A DNA stretch of 63,084 nucleotides, filler included, from Rhabdomonas costata (lineage: Eukaryota), in NCBI GenBank assembly GCA_019059605.1. It is 33 parts of 33 records of this genome, joined end to end, with 100 filler letters (N's around TTAATTAATTAA, not from the genome) between each part and the next. Parts side by side here need not be neighbours in the genome. Positions count along the whole stretch, not along the records: positions 1 to 1,816 come from JAHMHO010008649.1; positions 1,917 to 3,732 come from JAHMHO010008650.1; positions 3,833 to 5,648 come from JAHMHO010008651.1; positions 5,749 to 7,564 come from JAHMHO010008652.1; positions 7,665 to 9,480 come from JAHMHO010008653.1; positions 9,581 to 11,400 come from JAHMHO010008654.1; positions 11,501 to 13,316 come from JAHMHO010008655.1; 26 more parts are not named here. One strand, written 5' to 3'. The translations under genes and the position numbers were made by a program. Shown piece after piece: positions 1 to 12,350 of this stretch; the first letter of the stretch is position 1, and every line of letters starts with the position of its first letter. The notes beneath the pieces were generated by a model, which ran no database searches, had not been told where the DNA came from, and saw nothing but the letters and a program-made list of their open reading frames with translations.

Positions 1-70
1 GTGTTGGGTGTGTGGGGTCGGGAAGGGAGGGTGGGGGACGAGAGAAAGCAAAAGGGGAGGAAAGGCCCAC

Positions 71-1603
71 CAGATGTCCCAGCTCGGTTCCACGTTGTGG
101 CCCATGCCCGCCTCGGGAGGCATGTAGAACGGAGTCCCCTTGTGGCCTACCGTGGAGACGTCGGGGGAAATCGCCAGCCCGAAGTCCTTCGCGCACAAGG
201 GTCACATCACAGCAGTAAGCATGTGCTCTCTAGATGTGCACGCCTGTGTTGTTTCAGTTGCAGCGTATCCCAACAACCGTAATACAGTAGTGACAATGCA
301 TTGGCCTCACGGGCGGAACAAAAGTGCGGAAAAAAAAGCAAACATAAATTCACGCAAAGGCCTGGAACCCCCCCCCCTCCAATCCCCTCTTCTTCGCACC
401 ACAATCTTGACCACTTTCTGGTTGGTGAGCATGATGTTCGCGGGCTTGAGATCGCGGTGGACAAGCCTCACTGAGGGGAAGGAGAGCGCGGGTGGAGGGA
501 GGAGAAACCTTATCATGAAACCTTGCATTTGTTTCCACTATCAACGTGTCAAAATAACGTACGAGTCCACAATTTGCATCTCAAACTTTAAGTGTTCAAG
601 AGGATACAAGAACAATTATAAGAAAGCAGCGTTTAAACACCCCGAGCGTGGAACAAAGCGCACCCAACGCCATCAACCAACAAATGGGAAACGTCAGCAT
701 CAAACCGGGAATCCAGAAGACCTCAGGATACCTCAGATGAATTGAGATAAGATGATGCGCGAAAAGAGATATGAAAGCAAACCGGAACGATGGGAGAGAG
801 TGTGTGTGTGTGAGTTCCAAAACACGGACCCTCGGAGTGCAGGTAGTCCAGGCCGTCCAGGATCTGTCGCAGATACGTTTGGAGCTCCCCCATGGCAATT
901 CTCCCGGCAAAAGTCAGCACCTGCTGCAGGGAGTTGTGCAGGTGCTCCATTATAATCAGCACCCGCTGATTGTCCTCGCAGTATACCACGTCGTACAGCT
1001 GCACGATGTGCGGGTGGCCGGACTGAAGCTTCCTCAGAGTTTCGATCTGGTTTTCAAATGCAGAGCAGCAGAAACCAAAGCAGTTGAAGGGAAACACTCT
1101 CTCGCAATTGTAAACCGCTGAAACAATGAAAAAGTGCAGAGCACAGCCTGTAGAAAGGCATCGTCCACTGCGAGACAAGAGGTGCATAACTCATAAAACA
1201 GCCAGGGTTGAAGCTCCCGCAACCAGCCTCTCACGACATTGCTGCCCTACAGCATAGACACGACAATCGCAACTGGAGAGTGACGTGGCGTGGAAGGACG
1301 AAATGCATATAGGGTACGAAAGGGAAAATGAGGTGACGGTGTTGGGCGGTAGGAGGGCGGAAGGAAGGCGGCTTTCCGTACCTCATAGACCAACTCCAGG
1401 TTGGAGTCCCTCTCGATCTCCTTCATCGCGACCTGCCTTCCGGTGGACTCTTCCACAGACAGGTACACAACTCCAAAGCTGCCGCGGCCCAGCAGCTCCT
1501 TGCTCAGGTGGTAGAGTTGGCCCTTGTTGCCCTTGACTTGCCGGACTCCCTTCATCACAAGCGGCATGTAGGGCCCCCGATAGAGAGACGAGATATCGTC
1601 CAT
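71..1603 (-). CDS. Ser/Thr protein kinase, 5' part (exons 1603-1382, 1046-830, 470-400, 186-71)
   Basis: Spliced frame gives LGRGSFGVV (G-loop), VAMK, HPHIVQLYD, HRDLKPANI, DFG, GTPFYMPPE, WDIW. All introns are GT-AG with consistent phases. Confidence 0.95.
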
Positions 1604-1816
1604 CGTTTATTCTCGCTTGTTGTTGTTGTTGTCGAAAGTGACGAAGAAAGAGGGGTCACAAAAAGGAACCAGGTAATAGGGGAAGCAGGGGAGCGGGAAA
1701 GACAAAAAACGTAAAAGGAAAGAAAAGGGAAGGGAAGGAAAATCAACAGATGAAAATCTGAAAGTTGGAAGAAGAGAAGGAGGAGGAGGACGCGAGCCTG
1801 AACCCGTGGACCCACC

Positions 1817-1916
1817 NNNNNNNNNNNNNNNNNNNNNNNNNNNNNNNNNNNNNNNNNNNNTTAATTAATTAANNNNNNNNNNNNNNNNNNNNNNNNNNNN
1901 NNNNNNNNNNNNNNNN
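1817..1916. other. Artificial contig spacer (N44-TTAATTAATTAA-N44); recurs about every 1.9 kb, 32 times in the window
   Basis: Identical 100-nt N-padded six-frame-stop linker between contigs of near-identical length. Confidence 0.99.
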
Positions 1917-2001
1917 GGGTGGGTGGGAACAGGGAAAGGGACATGCGCTTCATCGGGTGACGGTGTCTTTTGATGTGAGTGTGTGTGCGTGGGTGTGGCA
2001 G

Positions 2002-3155
2002 CCCTTCGGCACGGTGGCGCTGGTCGCGGAGTCCACCTACACCAGTGCCCAGTCGAAGTTCGCCTTCCGCAGCGTGGGTATGATCACGGTTCCCGGGAAG
2101 AAGGCGGTGCTGCACGTCTTTGAGCCGCTGTACCGGATCCCAGCCCACCCCCTTCCTGCCTCGCCCACAACCGGGACAACCGTCTCCTTCCCCAGCACCT
2201 GCTCGGCCGGCTTCAGCAACCCCTTCCTGCGCGTTGCGAACACGAACCCAGCTATTCATATGGAGGAACCTCCCATAGGTCTGCTCGCAATGCGGGGATT
2301 CGCAGAGTGAGGTACAACGTTATGGGCTTCAGAAAGGTTGGGGTGGCAAATACGTTCGAACTAATGTGCACTTGGTCGAACCAGGGTGCAAATCTTTCCA
2401 GCGTGTGGGATGCGCCGCTTCCCGCATCTGCTGCCTACTGCTTCTCCACCTGCTTCCCTGCTAATCAGAAAGAAGGGGCCCTGTCATGTGATGCAAATAA
2501 CCCCAGGAGGTCGATCTCTTAGGCCACCTTTGATGATGCTGTGAGCTGGCTCGAGAAGAGGGGCAGCACAAACAAATTTTGCTCGAAATCATGATGATTG
2601 TATGTGAAGCAAAGCGTTCTGCATTGGTCGCTGGCCATTGTGGAGTTGGGGAGGGCTTGACGAAGGGCTGGTACTTTTTGGTGCTCATAGGATGTTGTGC
2701 CTGCTCACCCCCACCCCCACTGCTTCAGATGTGATGGTCCTCAACTCGTGGCGGACGGTCTCCAGGGGAACACTGCATGACCTGACAGAACTCTACGAGC
2801 GGGTATTGTTTTCGAGTGGATGTGGTGTATAATGGCGCGGGTCATGTCAAAAATGAGAATTGCAACTGAAATGTTAATACGGAAACCCCCGTTGTGAGCT
2901 GCTGGTGTTGACATGTTAAGAAATACGACGCGCAGAAGGGATGTGACCCTGGGAAACGGAACGCTACTGTTGGTGCAGGGGATGCGGCTGTACATTGGCG
3001 GAGCCCTTTCGAAGGCCGAGGAGGTGTTTGGGGAGGCCGCTGCGCTGTGCCCGGAGGATGGCCCCACCCGGCTCCTGCTGCGGCTGTGCCGTAGCAGTGG
3101 GAGGTGCCCGCGGGGCGAGACCTGGGATGGAGTAATTCACTTTGACCACAAGTGA
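2002..3155 (+). CDS. Class III adenylate/guanylate cyclase, C-terminal part (exons 2002-2129, 2691-2802, 2979-3155)
   Basis: FGTVALVAESTY...FAFRSVGMITVPGKKAVLHVFEPL matches the end of the cyclase catalytic domain. The tail A..F......PED.P....L..C......WDGVIHFDHK* is the TPR-like tail of this family. GT-AG phases are consistent. Confidence 0.8.
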
Positions 3156-3832
3156 GGGGTGCGTACGAAGTGCAAGGGAGAGAACATGAGAGCCGTGGCT
3201 AGATGATTGCCTTCGTCTGGGCGTGTTATATCCGCTCATTCCAGATTCCACAACAAAGGGTCAGTGAAGGTGTCAGCGGAGAGATACGAGAGCCTGCTGC
3301 TCGAGTTCCGGTGCTGTCTTCCCAGTTCCGCTTCTCACCCCCCACCCGTTCTGCCGTTTGCGTTCTGTTGCGCCTGATGTGTGCATCTTTTGGGGGCGAT
3401 GACTTTGCGGGTGAGTCGTTGGCGATTCCCCGCCAGATTTAAGCTATACCCCTCCGCGCGCGATAGCTCGCACACTCACACACCAGGGCGATGCATCCCT
3501 GCGTGCACTTTTTCTGTCATTGTGTGAATATGTGGGTGGGTGGTGTCCTGGCATAGATCTGCCAGCGACTCAGCGGTTTTCTTTGTTCTTTTGACAGTAG
3601 TTTGAACGGGTAGGGTAGCTGCACGGTCGTGTGGTTGTACATGGTGCGGTTGTGCGCCTTTTTTCTTCCGTTGGTTGCGCACCCTCTCACGCACCTTCTC
3701 CCCATCTCACCACAACCGCATAACCCCCACCCNNNNNNNNNNNNNNNNNNNNNNNNNNNNNNNNNNNNNNNNNNNNTTAATTAATTAANNNNNNNNNNNN
3801 NNNNNNNNNNNNNNNNNNNNNNNNNNNNNNNN

Positions 3833-5645
3833 TTTGTTGAGTCAGCTGCCCAGCCCTGTGCAAACTTTGTTGACTCGGTTTTTGAACCAAAAGAATGATT
3901 CCACCGACTTTTCATCATCACCTTTTCTCCGTCCTGTAGCATTTTTGCCTGCGTTTCAAGCGTCTCCTCGTGCCCTGACTGATCCGCACACCGTTTCTCC
4001 TGCTGTGGATGCCGCTTGGCGCCTGCTCAACCCCGCGGTAGTAGGGCCCTGCATTGAGCTTGTTCATACCAGAAAGAGGTGGTCTTATCTCGTTCCTCAT
4101 ATGTGTCAGGCTCTGCACCTAGCGCGGTACTCCGACGTACTTTCCGTGCTGCAGGTTTTGGCAGGAATGAGCGTAACAGGAGAGGAAGCGTTAGCCTCGG
4201 TTCTGGAGCTTCCACACTGGATGTTGCTGTGCAAAGCAGGGTTGAGAGCCGTTTCTGCAAATGGAGAATCTAGATGGTCCTTGGACGCTGATGAGGAATG
4301 GAGTGAAATCGTGCAGAATCTGATCAGCCAGGCCATTGCACCCTCCGTGGCACTTACGATCGAGTTACTTTCTGTGCTTTCAGCCGTGAAACGGAGCCTG
4401 AGGTTGTTTGTGCTGCCTTTCCCTTTCTTTCGTGTATCTCTTCTGTGAGCTCAAGCGGGTGCGGGTTCGCTCGGAATTCTGCGAGAAAGAAGTTTTCACA
4501 CTGTTTGCTCTTGTGGCTATAGGTCATATTGCACAGAGGCTGTCTGCTTGGAAGTCGATGGCGATCACCGGAAATTGTGTAGTTTTGTGGCAACGATACT
4601 TCAGCTGGACGAACTATGCAAGCCTTCAGACGCAGGTGTGCGCTGGGGCTTTGGTTCCCGTAATCTTTCTGCACATGTTGCGCTGCCTCATTTACACTTT
4701 TTTTTTTGCTTCTTGAAAATGTTACTGGTGAGGCGTCGGCGTGCAACCGTGTTCTTTTGCAGGCTATCAACTGGAAGAGATAGCTGAAGTGTTCATCGAT
4801 CTTTTGCGGCAACTCGGAAGCAGCCCGCCACCCCTTTTGCGGTGCATGTGCCGAGTGCTGTGCTTGTACGATTTTAGCGAGATTCTCTTCAACTGCTGTA
4901 CTGCTGTTATCCGATTCACGGGCAACGGGGCAGTGGAATGGCCAAATAAGGAGGAGGTTGACGCCCTGCCCCCACCTTTTGGCCTGCTCGACCGCGTGTG
5001 GATGCAACCTCGCAGTCCGGACGGCTCCGAGAGGGGATCCTGGGCAGGTCCAGAGTCCAACACCAAAGTCGTGCATAGCTTATACTGCCACTGCCTGGAG
5101 GTGCTGCATCAGAAGTGCCCAAGCCCACGTTTCGCATGGCTGCTTGCTGAACGGAGGGTTAGGGTGGGAAGTTATGGCCGAGCGCTTGCTTTGTACGCGG
5201 AAGCGATTGATCTGGAGTCCTGCGATCCTGAAGAGAGTTTGGTGTTGGCTAACCTTCTCAAGGTATCATCGGTTGCCGTTCATTTTGTCGTTATTTTTCG
5301 TGTGAAATATGCACGTTTGCCAAATCCTACGTTCTTTTGTTTGCCAGATGCCGCCATTTTGTTTGTTGCGAAATTTGGCTGCTGAGCCACCATTCGAAAT
5401 GAGAGTTATTTCGTTGTCCTCCTTCACTCCTCATTGTGAATTGCGCAATTGGACAATCACGCAGTGTTTTGTTCCCGTACGCCGAGGTCATTGTGAACTG
5501 TTTTCATTACCGTTTTAATTGCGTTCGCCTGCATCAAGCAATATCCTACGGGCCGATATTTTTGTGTTTGATTTCCATCCAGTGCTGCATCAAGACTCAT
5601 CACCTGGCTGATGCAGCCGTGCTGCATCAGTTTCTGCCCCCCACA
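3833..5645 (+). CDS. INTS8: Integrator complex subunit 8-like, C-terminal region (exons approx 3833-4390, 4763-5262, 5583-5645)
   Basis: PRFAWLLAERRVRVGSYGRALALYAEA and spliced LANLLK|CCIKTHHLADAAVLHQFL resemble the INTS8 C-terminal TPR region (..YSAALHYYLQA..; MIKCC..L..H..VAILCQFL). Confidence 0.6.
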
Positions 5646-6725
5646 CAANNNNNNNNNNNNNNNNNNNNNNNNNNNNNNNNNNNNNNNNNNNNTTAATTAA
5701 TTAANNNNNNNNNNNNNNNNNNNNNNNNNNNNNNNNNNNNNNNNNNNNTGTTTTGTGGAAATAGGTGCCCCTCCCGCATCCTGATCCTGCCCTCTTCGTG
5801 CCAAGTGTATCTCCCCGCCTCCCCCCTTGTCAAGGATACGGGGGGCGGGCTTGACCAACGACGAGGGACGGGAAGGTCAAAAAATGTTCATTTTTTCTTC
5901 ACAAAAAATGTGAGCCGGATGGTAAAGCTTTTAGCTGCAAAAAAATGAAATTGCTGGGATATGTCGAACTGGAGACTCATTATTCAACTCAGGACTCAGG
6001 TGAGAAGGACGGGCGTGGTGACACCCAGGGCTGCTATCTGAGCAACTATTCGACATTTACTGCATCCTTTAAAAGGCACCCAACTGTGATCCCCGCATGT
6101 GAGCCACCAATCACTCAACAATTGCTGCCCAAGCAGAAACGAAAACAGCTCCTTTCATAAAACCAGTCCCGTCGCGAAGAGTATATCGACGCGCGCCGCG
6201 CGCGCGCGCGCACACACGCACACACACACAGTATGTGCGCAGTTTTGATGTTGAAAGTTTCAATTCCTAACCGCTCGCCTTTTCCCACGTGTGAGAAGCT
6301 AGGCTCCTGGGTTCCAGTTTCCCTGCAGGTGGTGTATGGAAGGGCTTTGAGATGCTCCACTGGAGCGCGCACGCTGAGACTGTTCGTTTAGGGTGTCCCA
6401 CCCACATCCTCGGTGCACGATTGGAGCCTTCACTAATATTGGGAATTTCTACCCCCGCCGTGGGGAGCTCAGAGACTGCGGGCAGACATCTCCCCCTCTT
6501 TCCCAATATGCTCCCTTTCCCTCCTCTCTGTCTCAGCCAGAGTGCTAACGTGAAGGTCTTCTCCAGCCAGTGCCACGGCCTCGTTTGCTTACCCTCAATC
6601 CGAAGCTGCCCATCTTCTCTGAGCTGCTTTCATCCCCTCTGGTGTCAACTGAATCTCAGGTTGGGACCTGGGACCGTTGGACCGTTGGCACTATATGCCT
6701 TGCCACATGAAGGCATGCTCCTTCC

Positions 6726-7025
6726 TTATGGCGGCAGCAGCCACGTCCTCACAGTAGCGTCCATGCTGCTGCTGACCAGAAGGCTGCCGTGCGCCGCGCA
6801 GTGGGTGACGGGGTACGGGCGCCCGCGCAGGGTGGCCAGCACGGCCCCAGTGCGCAGCTCCCAGACCCTCAGCGTGGCATCATGGCTCGCGGTGACCACC
6901 CGCCGGCCCTCTCCCACAACCGTCGCGTGGAGCACCCAGTCGGAGTGCCCGGCCAGAGTTAGCCCAGGTTTCCCACTGCGAAGATCCCACAGCTTCGCGG
7001 TGTGATCGGCAGAGCCGGACAGCAC
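6726..7025 (-). CDS. WD40-repeat protein, terminal exon
   Basis: SGSADHTAKLWD, GHSDWV, TASHDATLRVWE, SSSMDATVRTW. CAG acceptor at 7028-7026 and TAA stop. Confidence 0.92.
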   Translation of the reverse strand: MLSGSADHTAKLWDLRSGKPGLTLAGHSDWVLHATVVGEGRRVVTASHDATLRVWELRTGAVLATLRGRPYPVTHCAAHGSLLVSSSMDATVRTWLLPP

Positions 7026-7664
7026 CTGAAGGAAGGGCAGGGCGCCCGGGAATTGATGATCCGATATGAACACTCCTCCAACATAACCGTGAAGGTGCAT
7101 TCCCGAAGGTGCATTGTGTGGTATAGACACAGATGGAAAATACCGTACAGAGCAGGAATGTCACGTGTTCAGCAGCGGAGAACGAAAAACACATGGAAAA
7201 AAGAATGGAGGCATCGGCGCAAAGGTACACCAGAGAGCGAGAGCAAAGAAATGGCATGGATCAGGCGGATTTTTCCATCGCCCGCTGTTCCTGTTTACCA
7301 ATGAGGGGAGTAGCACAGTGGTGCGAAGAAGCACAAAAACAACAGTGAAGCATAGTTTCGTCATTTCATGATTTGTTTCTTGGCGTCCCTTTCCACGTTT
7401 CGAGTTCTGGTTCGCACGTTTACTGTGAAGGGCAAATAACAGGGATCTCTGTAAAGGGAGAGAGAGAGAGAGAGAGAACAGCAGAGACAGAGACCACGAC
7501 GATTACAGGCAAATATGCAGAAAGTAGGAAAATCAGCGCAACACTGCGAGGTTACACCAACAAANNNNNNNNNNNNNNNNNNNNNNNNNNNNNNNNNNNN
7601 NNNNNNNNTTAATTAATTAANNNNNNNNNNNNNNNNNNNNNNNNNNNNNNNNNNNNNNNNNNNN

Positions 7665-7784
7665 TTGGGGCAACATTAATTCAGGACGAAGGCCAGCCGC
7701 CCCCCCCATGGCACGTCCCCGTCTCATCCGTCCGCTCTAGCTGCGACGGCTGCTGGCCTTCGTCCTGAATTAATGTTGCCCCAA
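7665..7784. repeat. Perfect 33-bp inverted repeat (7665-7697 / 7752-7784) at contig start
   Basis: ttggggcaacattaattcaggacgaaggccagc ... gctggccttcgtcctgaattaatgttgccccaa. Confidence 0.95.
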
Positions 7785-8315
7785 TCGATCTACCAAGTCC
7801 AAAACATTTAACGCCAGCAAACGTCAGAAACACGGTTAAACGTTTAACGACTCCCCCACTTCCCCAAAAAATAAACACAACTGTCCAAATACCTTGGGAC
7901 AGATGTGTTCGGGGAGTTGGAGTACACACTCGATCACTGCGTGTGTGTTCATTTCAAACAGAACGCAATGTATAAGAGACTCGTGGGCACATCACGTGTT
8001 CACTGCTCTGACATGCTGGTATTGCCCTCATATCATGAGGAGACCATTCAAATGTTTCCTCACCGGGATGGGTTTACACGGTGCAATGCCACACAGCTTT
8101 CATAGAGTGTCCACAAGCCCGAGACCGTGCTCCAACTGCAAAAGCACACCCTGTGCATCTATAGCTCACCGATCCTTTTGTTCGGTTGGTTATGAAGCAG
8201 AAGCCGAATTTATACTACATCCGCCTCACAGCTTGCCACGAGTCCTTGATGTTGTCCCTCTGTTGGTTGTGTGGTAAGCTGCGACTCAGTGAAAACCGAA
8301 CCCGTTCCCACCGAC

Positions 8316-9387
8316 CTGTGTTGCCGTTTTTGTCGCAGGGGTTCAGGGCAATTGCCAGCTTGCCCGTGACCTGCCCAAACACCGACAGCAGGGTGGTCTC
8401 CGCGCTGAACTCCACCATGTTGGCCAGCGCGTTGAGCCACACGTCGGACTCCCCGATGAGCTGGCTCTCCATGTCCACGAAGGGGTCCGCGCTGGGCTCG
8501 CGCTCGGGGGGCGCCGTGCCGTGGGTCTGGGCCTGGTTCCACTCCGTCCACAAGTTCACCATCTCCGCCAGTCTGTTCAACACCCCCCACCACCCACCCT
8601 CATCCGATTTGACCAAACTGATGTTGGGGTGGGGGGTGGGGGAAAGTGGCAACGGTTTCCAGTGTAAGAAAACTTTGTTTTTTTAAAACTTGCAAAAGGT
8701 TTGGTAACAGAAGCAAGCACATTCGGAATTAACTATGTCACTTGACCAAATGAGTTTTCTTTCCCCCAACGAAAATTACACAGCCAGGCAGGAGGCAGGA
8801 GGCAGGAGCGGATTTTGAGAGGCGTGGTACTGCTCGGTCAGTCCCCATGGAGAGCCCAGCTGGTCTCATTCTCCAAACCAATCCCCCGAACATGCAAGTG
8901 CAGCTCTCGCTTCATCCTAACCAGCCTTAGCACAAGAAAAAAAGAACAAACGCAGCCTCACAATCGCCATGATCCGGACAATTATCAGCAACTTCGAAGG
9001 AGACTTATCGTAAAGCAGCACCGTGCTCACACCATCACGCACTCAGGTAAGCGAACCCTCCCCCCACCCTCACACACGTCCCTTCCGTAGTTGGTTCACA
9101 CGCTTCCTGATTGGGTCCCAATTCTCCCTTTTAATGTAAAGCGGGCCATATTAAATGCATTCTGAGCATATTTTTCATCAGCTGGTCCCCTCACGAGCGT
9201 TGGGAAACAACAACCAATGGTTAAATCGCAGGAAAACTGAAAACTTACTCCCCCGGACACGAGCAATAGTGCAAGGGGCACGAAAAAGCCAAAAGAAGAT
9301 GGAGAAAAAGCCGCAGGACACCTCACAGTGAACTTCTCCCAGGGCCACACCAGGCTCTGCGAGCCGATCTGCACGTGGACCACCACA
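8316..9387 (-). CDS. Kinesin-3 family (KIF28/KLP6-like) stalk/tail fragment (exons 9387-9322, 8572-8316)
   Basis: Spliced WPWEKFTVR|LAEMVNLW...DPFVDMESQLIGESDVWLNALANMVEF...GQVTGKLAIALNPC matches the W..EKF..RL..M / DPF.....LIG...V.L..L / G.L.V...PC pattern of kinesin-3 tails. Confidence 0.65.
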
Positions 9388-9772
9388 CTGTTAAAAGAAG
9401 AAGAAGAAACCTCAGGGAACAAAAAAGCCATCCTGGATGTTCACGCCTCAGATACACCGCTTTAGAGTACCACACAAAACNNNNNNNNNNNNNNNNNNNN
9501 NNNNNNNNNNNNNNNNNNNNNNNNTTAATTAATTAANNNNNNNNNNNNNNNNNNNNNNNNNNNNNNNNNNNNNNNNNNNNTGTGGTGGGGTTTCTCGAGC
9601 CCGAAGAAAGAATCAAACGCACCAAAAAATCATCGCAGCGCCCTGCTCCAAGCCGTCGTTTTTTAATACACAACGCAGAAAAGGCAAAAAAAAGCTGGCA
9701 CGCGACGGCTTCAGCCTGCGTCAAGGTGATTTGGTTCTGTACCGAAGCGTCCGATCATCGAGCGAGCGAGCG

Positions 9773-9775
<3 letters not shown>

Positions 9776-9812
<37 letters not shown>
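9776..9812 (+). repeat. (GA)n microsatellite; similar tracts at 7459-7477 and 62944-62980, (GT)n at 14660-14686 and 43517-43538
   Basis: Direct inspection. Confidence 0.95.
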
Positions 9813-9818
<6 letters not shown>

Positions 9819-10401
9819 GGTGGACGGAGCGTCGCAAACGACATATAAGGGTTACTTGTCGCTTCTTTGTTGCTTATCCGTCGCATTGTATTTCTTACCT
9901 CAGTTTAGCGGTTGGATTCCCGCAAGGCAGAAATGGCCACCAGCCCCGGCTAGCTTCCATCATCTGGTTCCTCGTTCCCAACATGCTCGGGGCCGCAGCT
10001 TTTCATCAACCACTTTGGCGCCAGCATCAGACATACAACGGGAAATGGGCTTAACACTATGACCCACCGTGTTTGTCGCTGGATGACATAAAATTGGTAC
10101 GCCTACCCACCGTTACCATAAGGCTCGGTTTGATGCTATGCCCTATATGCCCTGACATGAGGCAGTGGTTGGGGCGCAATCCCTGCGAACAACACCACGG
10201 ACATGCCCACATCACACCACATGGCTTAAAAGGATACGACGCCTATACCCAAGATGTGATTACGGACATAACGCTGTGTCTACACCCCCTGCTACACCCT
10301 GCTACTCCATGTGTCCTTGATTCACCCCAAACAAACATTGAGCACCAAGAAAGATAAGATGGCTTCAACACGTGAGTCAGCACGCGTGCTCGTCGTATCG
10401 A

Positions 10402-10914
10402 GTTTTTTCAGGGTGAATTTCAAACGATGGTTTTTTAGGCGTTGGATATACTGTTTTTACCGTCAAACCGTGAGTTATTCTGCTTTTACCTGCTTTGCGA
10501 TAGTGCGCAGCGAAGTCTTTACTTTAGTGGCATGGTGGTGGCAGTGACAGGGTGCCCTCGTTTTCGACTCATTTCGAGGCTTTTTTGTAAGGGTTGCAAA
10601 ATCATTGGAATTTTTGGGTTCTGACGCAAAACCTGTATCACAAAAGGATACCTTGTGAGTGTGGCCTGGTTAACGAGACAAAGACTGAGAGTGCAGGGAA
10701 AGTCCATACATAACTCTATTAAATGTCAGCGCTGCACTTATTGGCTGCCTGTTGTACGATTTGAAATCGCTTGTCCAGAGGTTTCTTGAAAAAATGGACT
10801 CCCAGTGCTTTGTTCCATTTCCTGCAAATCAAGTAACAACCCAAAAGTTTTTCATGGTGATTTTCAAACGGTGGTCTTTTTCTGCGTGTGATATACTGTT
10901 TTCACCGTCAAACC
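10402..10914 (+). repeat. Imperfect direct repeat pair of about 70 bp (approx 10402-10470 and 10847-10914)
   Basis: gttttttcagggtgaatttcaaacgatgg...gatatactgtttttaccgtcaaacc vs gtttttcatggtgattttcaaacggtgg...gatatactgttttcaccgtcaaacc. Confidence 0.8.
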
Positions 10915-12090
10915 TCGTCAAACTTCTTACTTTACGGTGTCATTGCTTTTGGTAGTTTTGTGCCCCGGTGAGTGGAGACAGAGTGTCAATAATGTCAGCA
11001 TTACTTGGGAACCATTACTCTGTTACCTGTAGATTACAGTAATTTCCGCTAGCCATCACTGTATCACTGTGACTTGCTTTCAATCCTTCAAGCGCTTGGC
11101 TAAGCTGTTGATGTGTGCACTCAATCGCCACCTATCACACACCTAGACTTGGATTTAACTGACGAAGTCACTGTTGTCGAATACCTTCATTTCACCATCT
11201 CATCTTGGACATCCCCGAGGACGTGACGTTGTGAACAACGAGACGATTGGAAGCGCACGCAGGCCTCTCGACAAGCAGCCCCTCTAAGCCCACCCAACTC
11301 TGAGGCCAAGTTCCACACAACACTAAGTTCAAATGATACCGCCATGACCACCAGCTCCAAAATGCGGAAGCGATAAATACATCCAAAAATACCACCACAC
11401 NNNNNNNNNNNNNNNNNNNNNNNNNNNNNNNNNNNNNNNNNNNNTTAATTAATTAANNNNNNNNNNNNNNNNNNNNNNNNNNNNNNNNNNNNNNNNNNNN
11501 CCCTTTGGGTGCACAGCTGGGCCACAGAGGGTTTTCCCAGGGTCCCGCCGGAGACCTACAGGGTTACGGGAAGCACAGACAAACCTGATTTAGGTCTGCA
11601 TGGTGATCATGGTCGGTCATGTTTTATGAACGGTGTGAAGACGGTCTAGAAGTGAGAAGGCGCGCGATGGCGTTTCGAAGAATCTGAACTTTGGGGGAAC
11701 AGGTCGGACCGGTTTTGTATGGAGCCGAATTTCATGCGGAGGCTCAATAGCATACTAGTTTGCCCATTCCAAGCAGGAAACCGATTATTTCGGGACAATC
11801 ATGTCGCCTTCAGGTTAATGAGGAGATCTGGCAGGGGCCTCACTGCATCCCCCTGAGAAAAAATATCGTGTAAGCCTTACAAAGAAACAAAACAGGTAAA
11901 GGCATTACGATTGATAGGATTGAGGGAGGGGGCAGCGAATACAACGAAATACTGTTCCAGCCCTAAGTATGCTACCTCAGACTGAAAATAATGGGATATA
12001 AAGGGAATGCCTGGGAGTTTCTTCATCACTTCGTTCACGAACAATCGGTGGTACCCCAATAAGGGGGAAGGGGGAGGACTTCTCGTTTAC

Positions 12091-12350
12091 CTGCGAGAGC
12101 TGCGAGGCCGCTGCAAGGTCTTCATCGATCTCTCGAACCTCCGCCCGGAGCACGGCCCAGTGCGCGACAAGCACGCTCAGTACGGCGTTGGGGGGCAGCC
12201 CGGCGATGCTCTCTGGGGCCAGCACAGGGAGCTGCTCCGTCCCGTCACTGCCGCCCACCACCACCTGCCGGGCCAGCTCCCCGGGAGCAAAGCTGACCGG
12301 CATTGTTGCCACACCGACGCGGAGTACCCCCCAGCAGCGGAAGGGCAACC
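12091..12350 (-). CDS. Hypothetical protein exon
   Basis: GC-rich open frame (RCWGVLRVG...REIDEDLAAASQLSQ) ending at a strong CAG|GTAAA donor. No family recognised. Confidence 0.45.
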
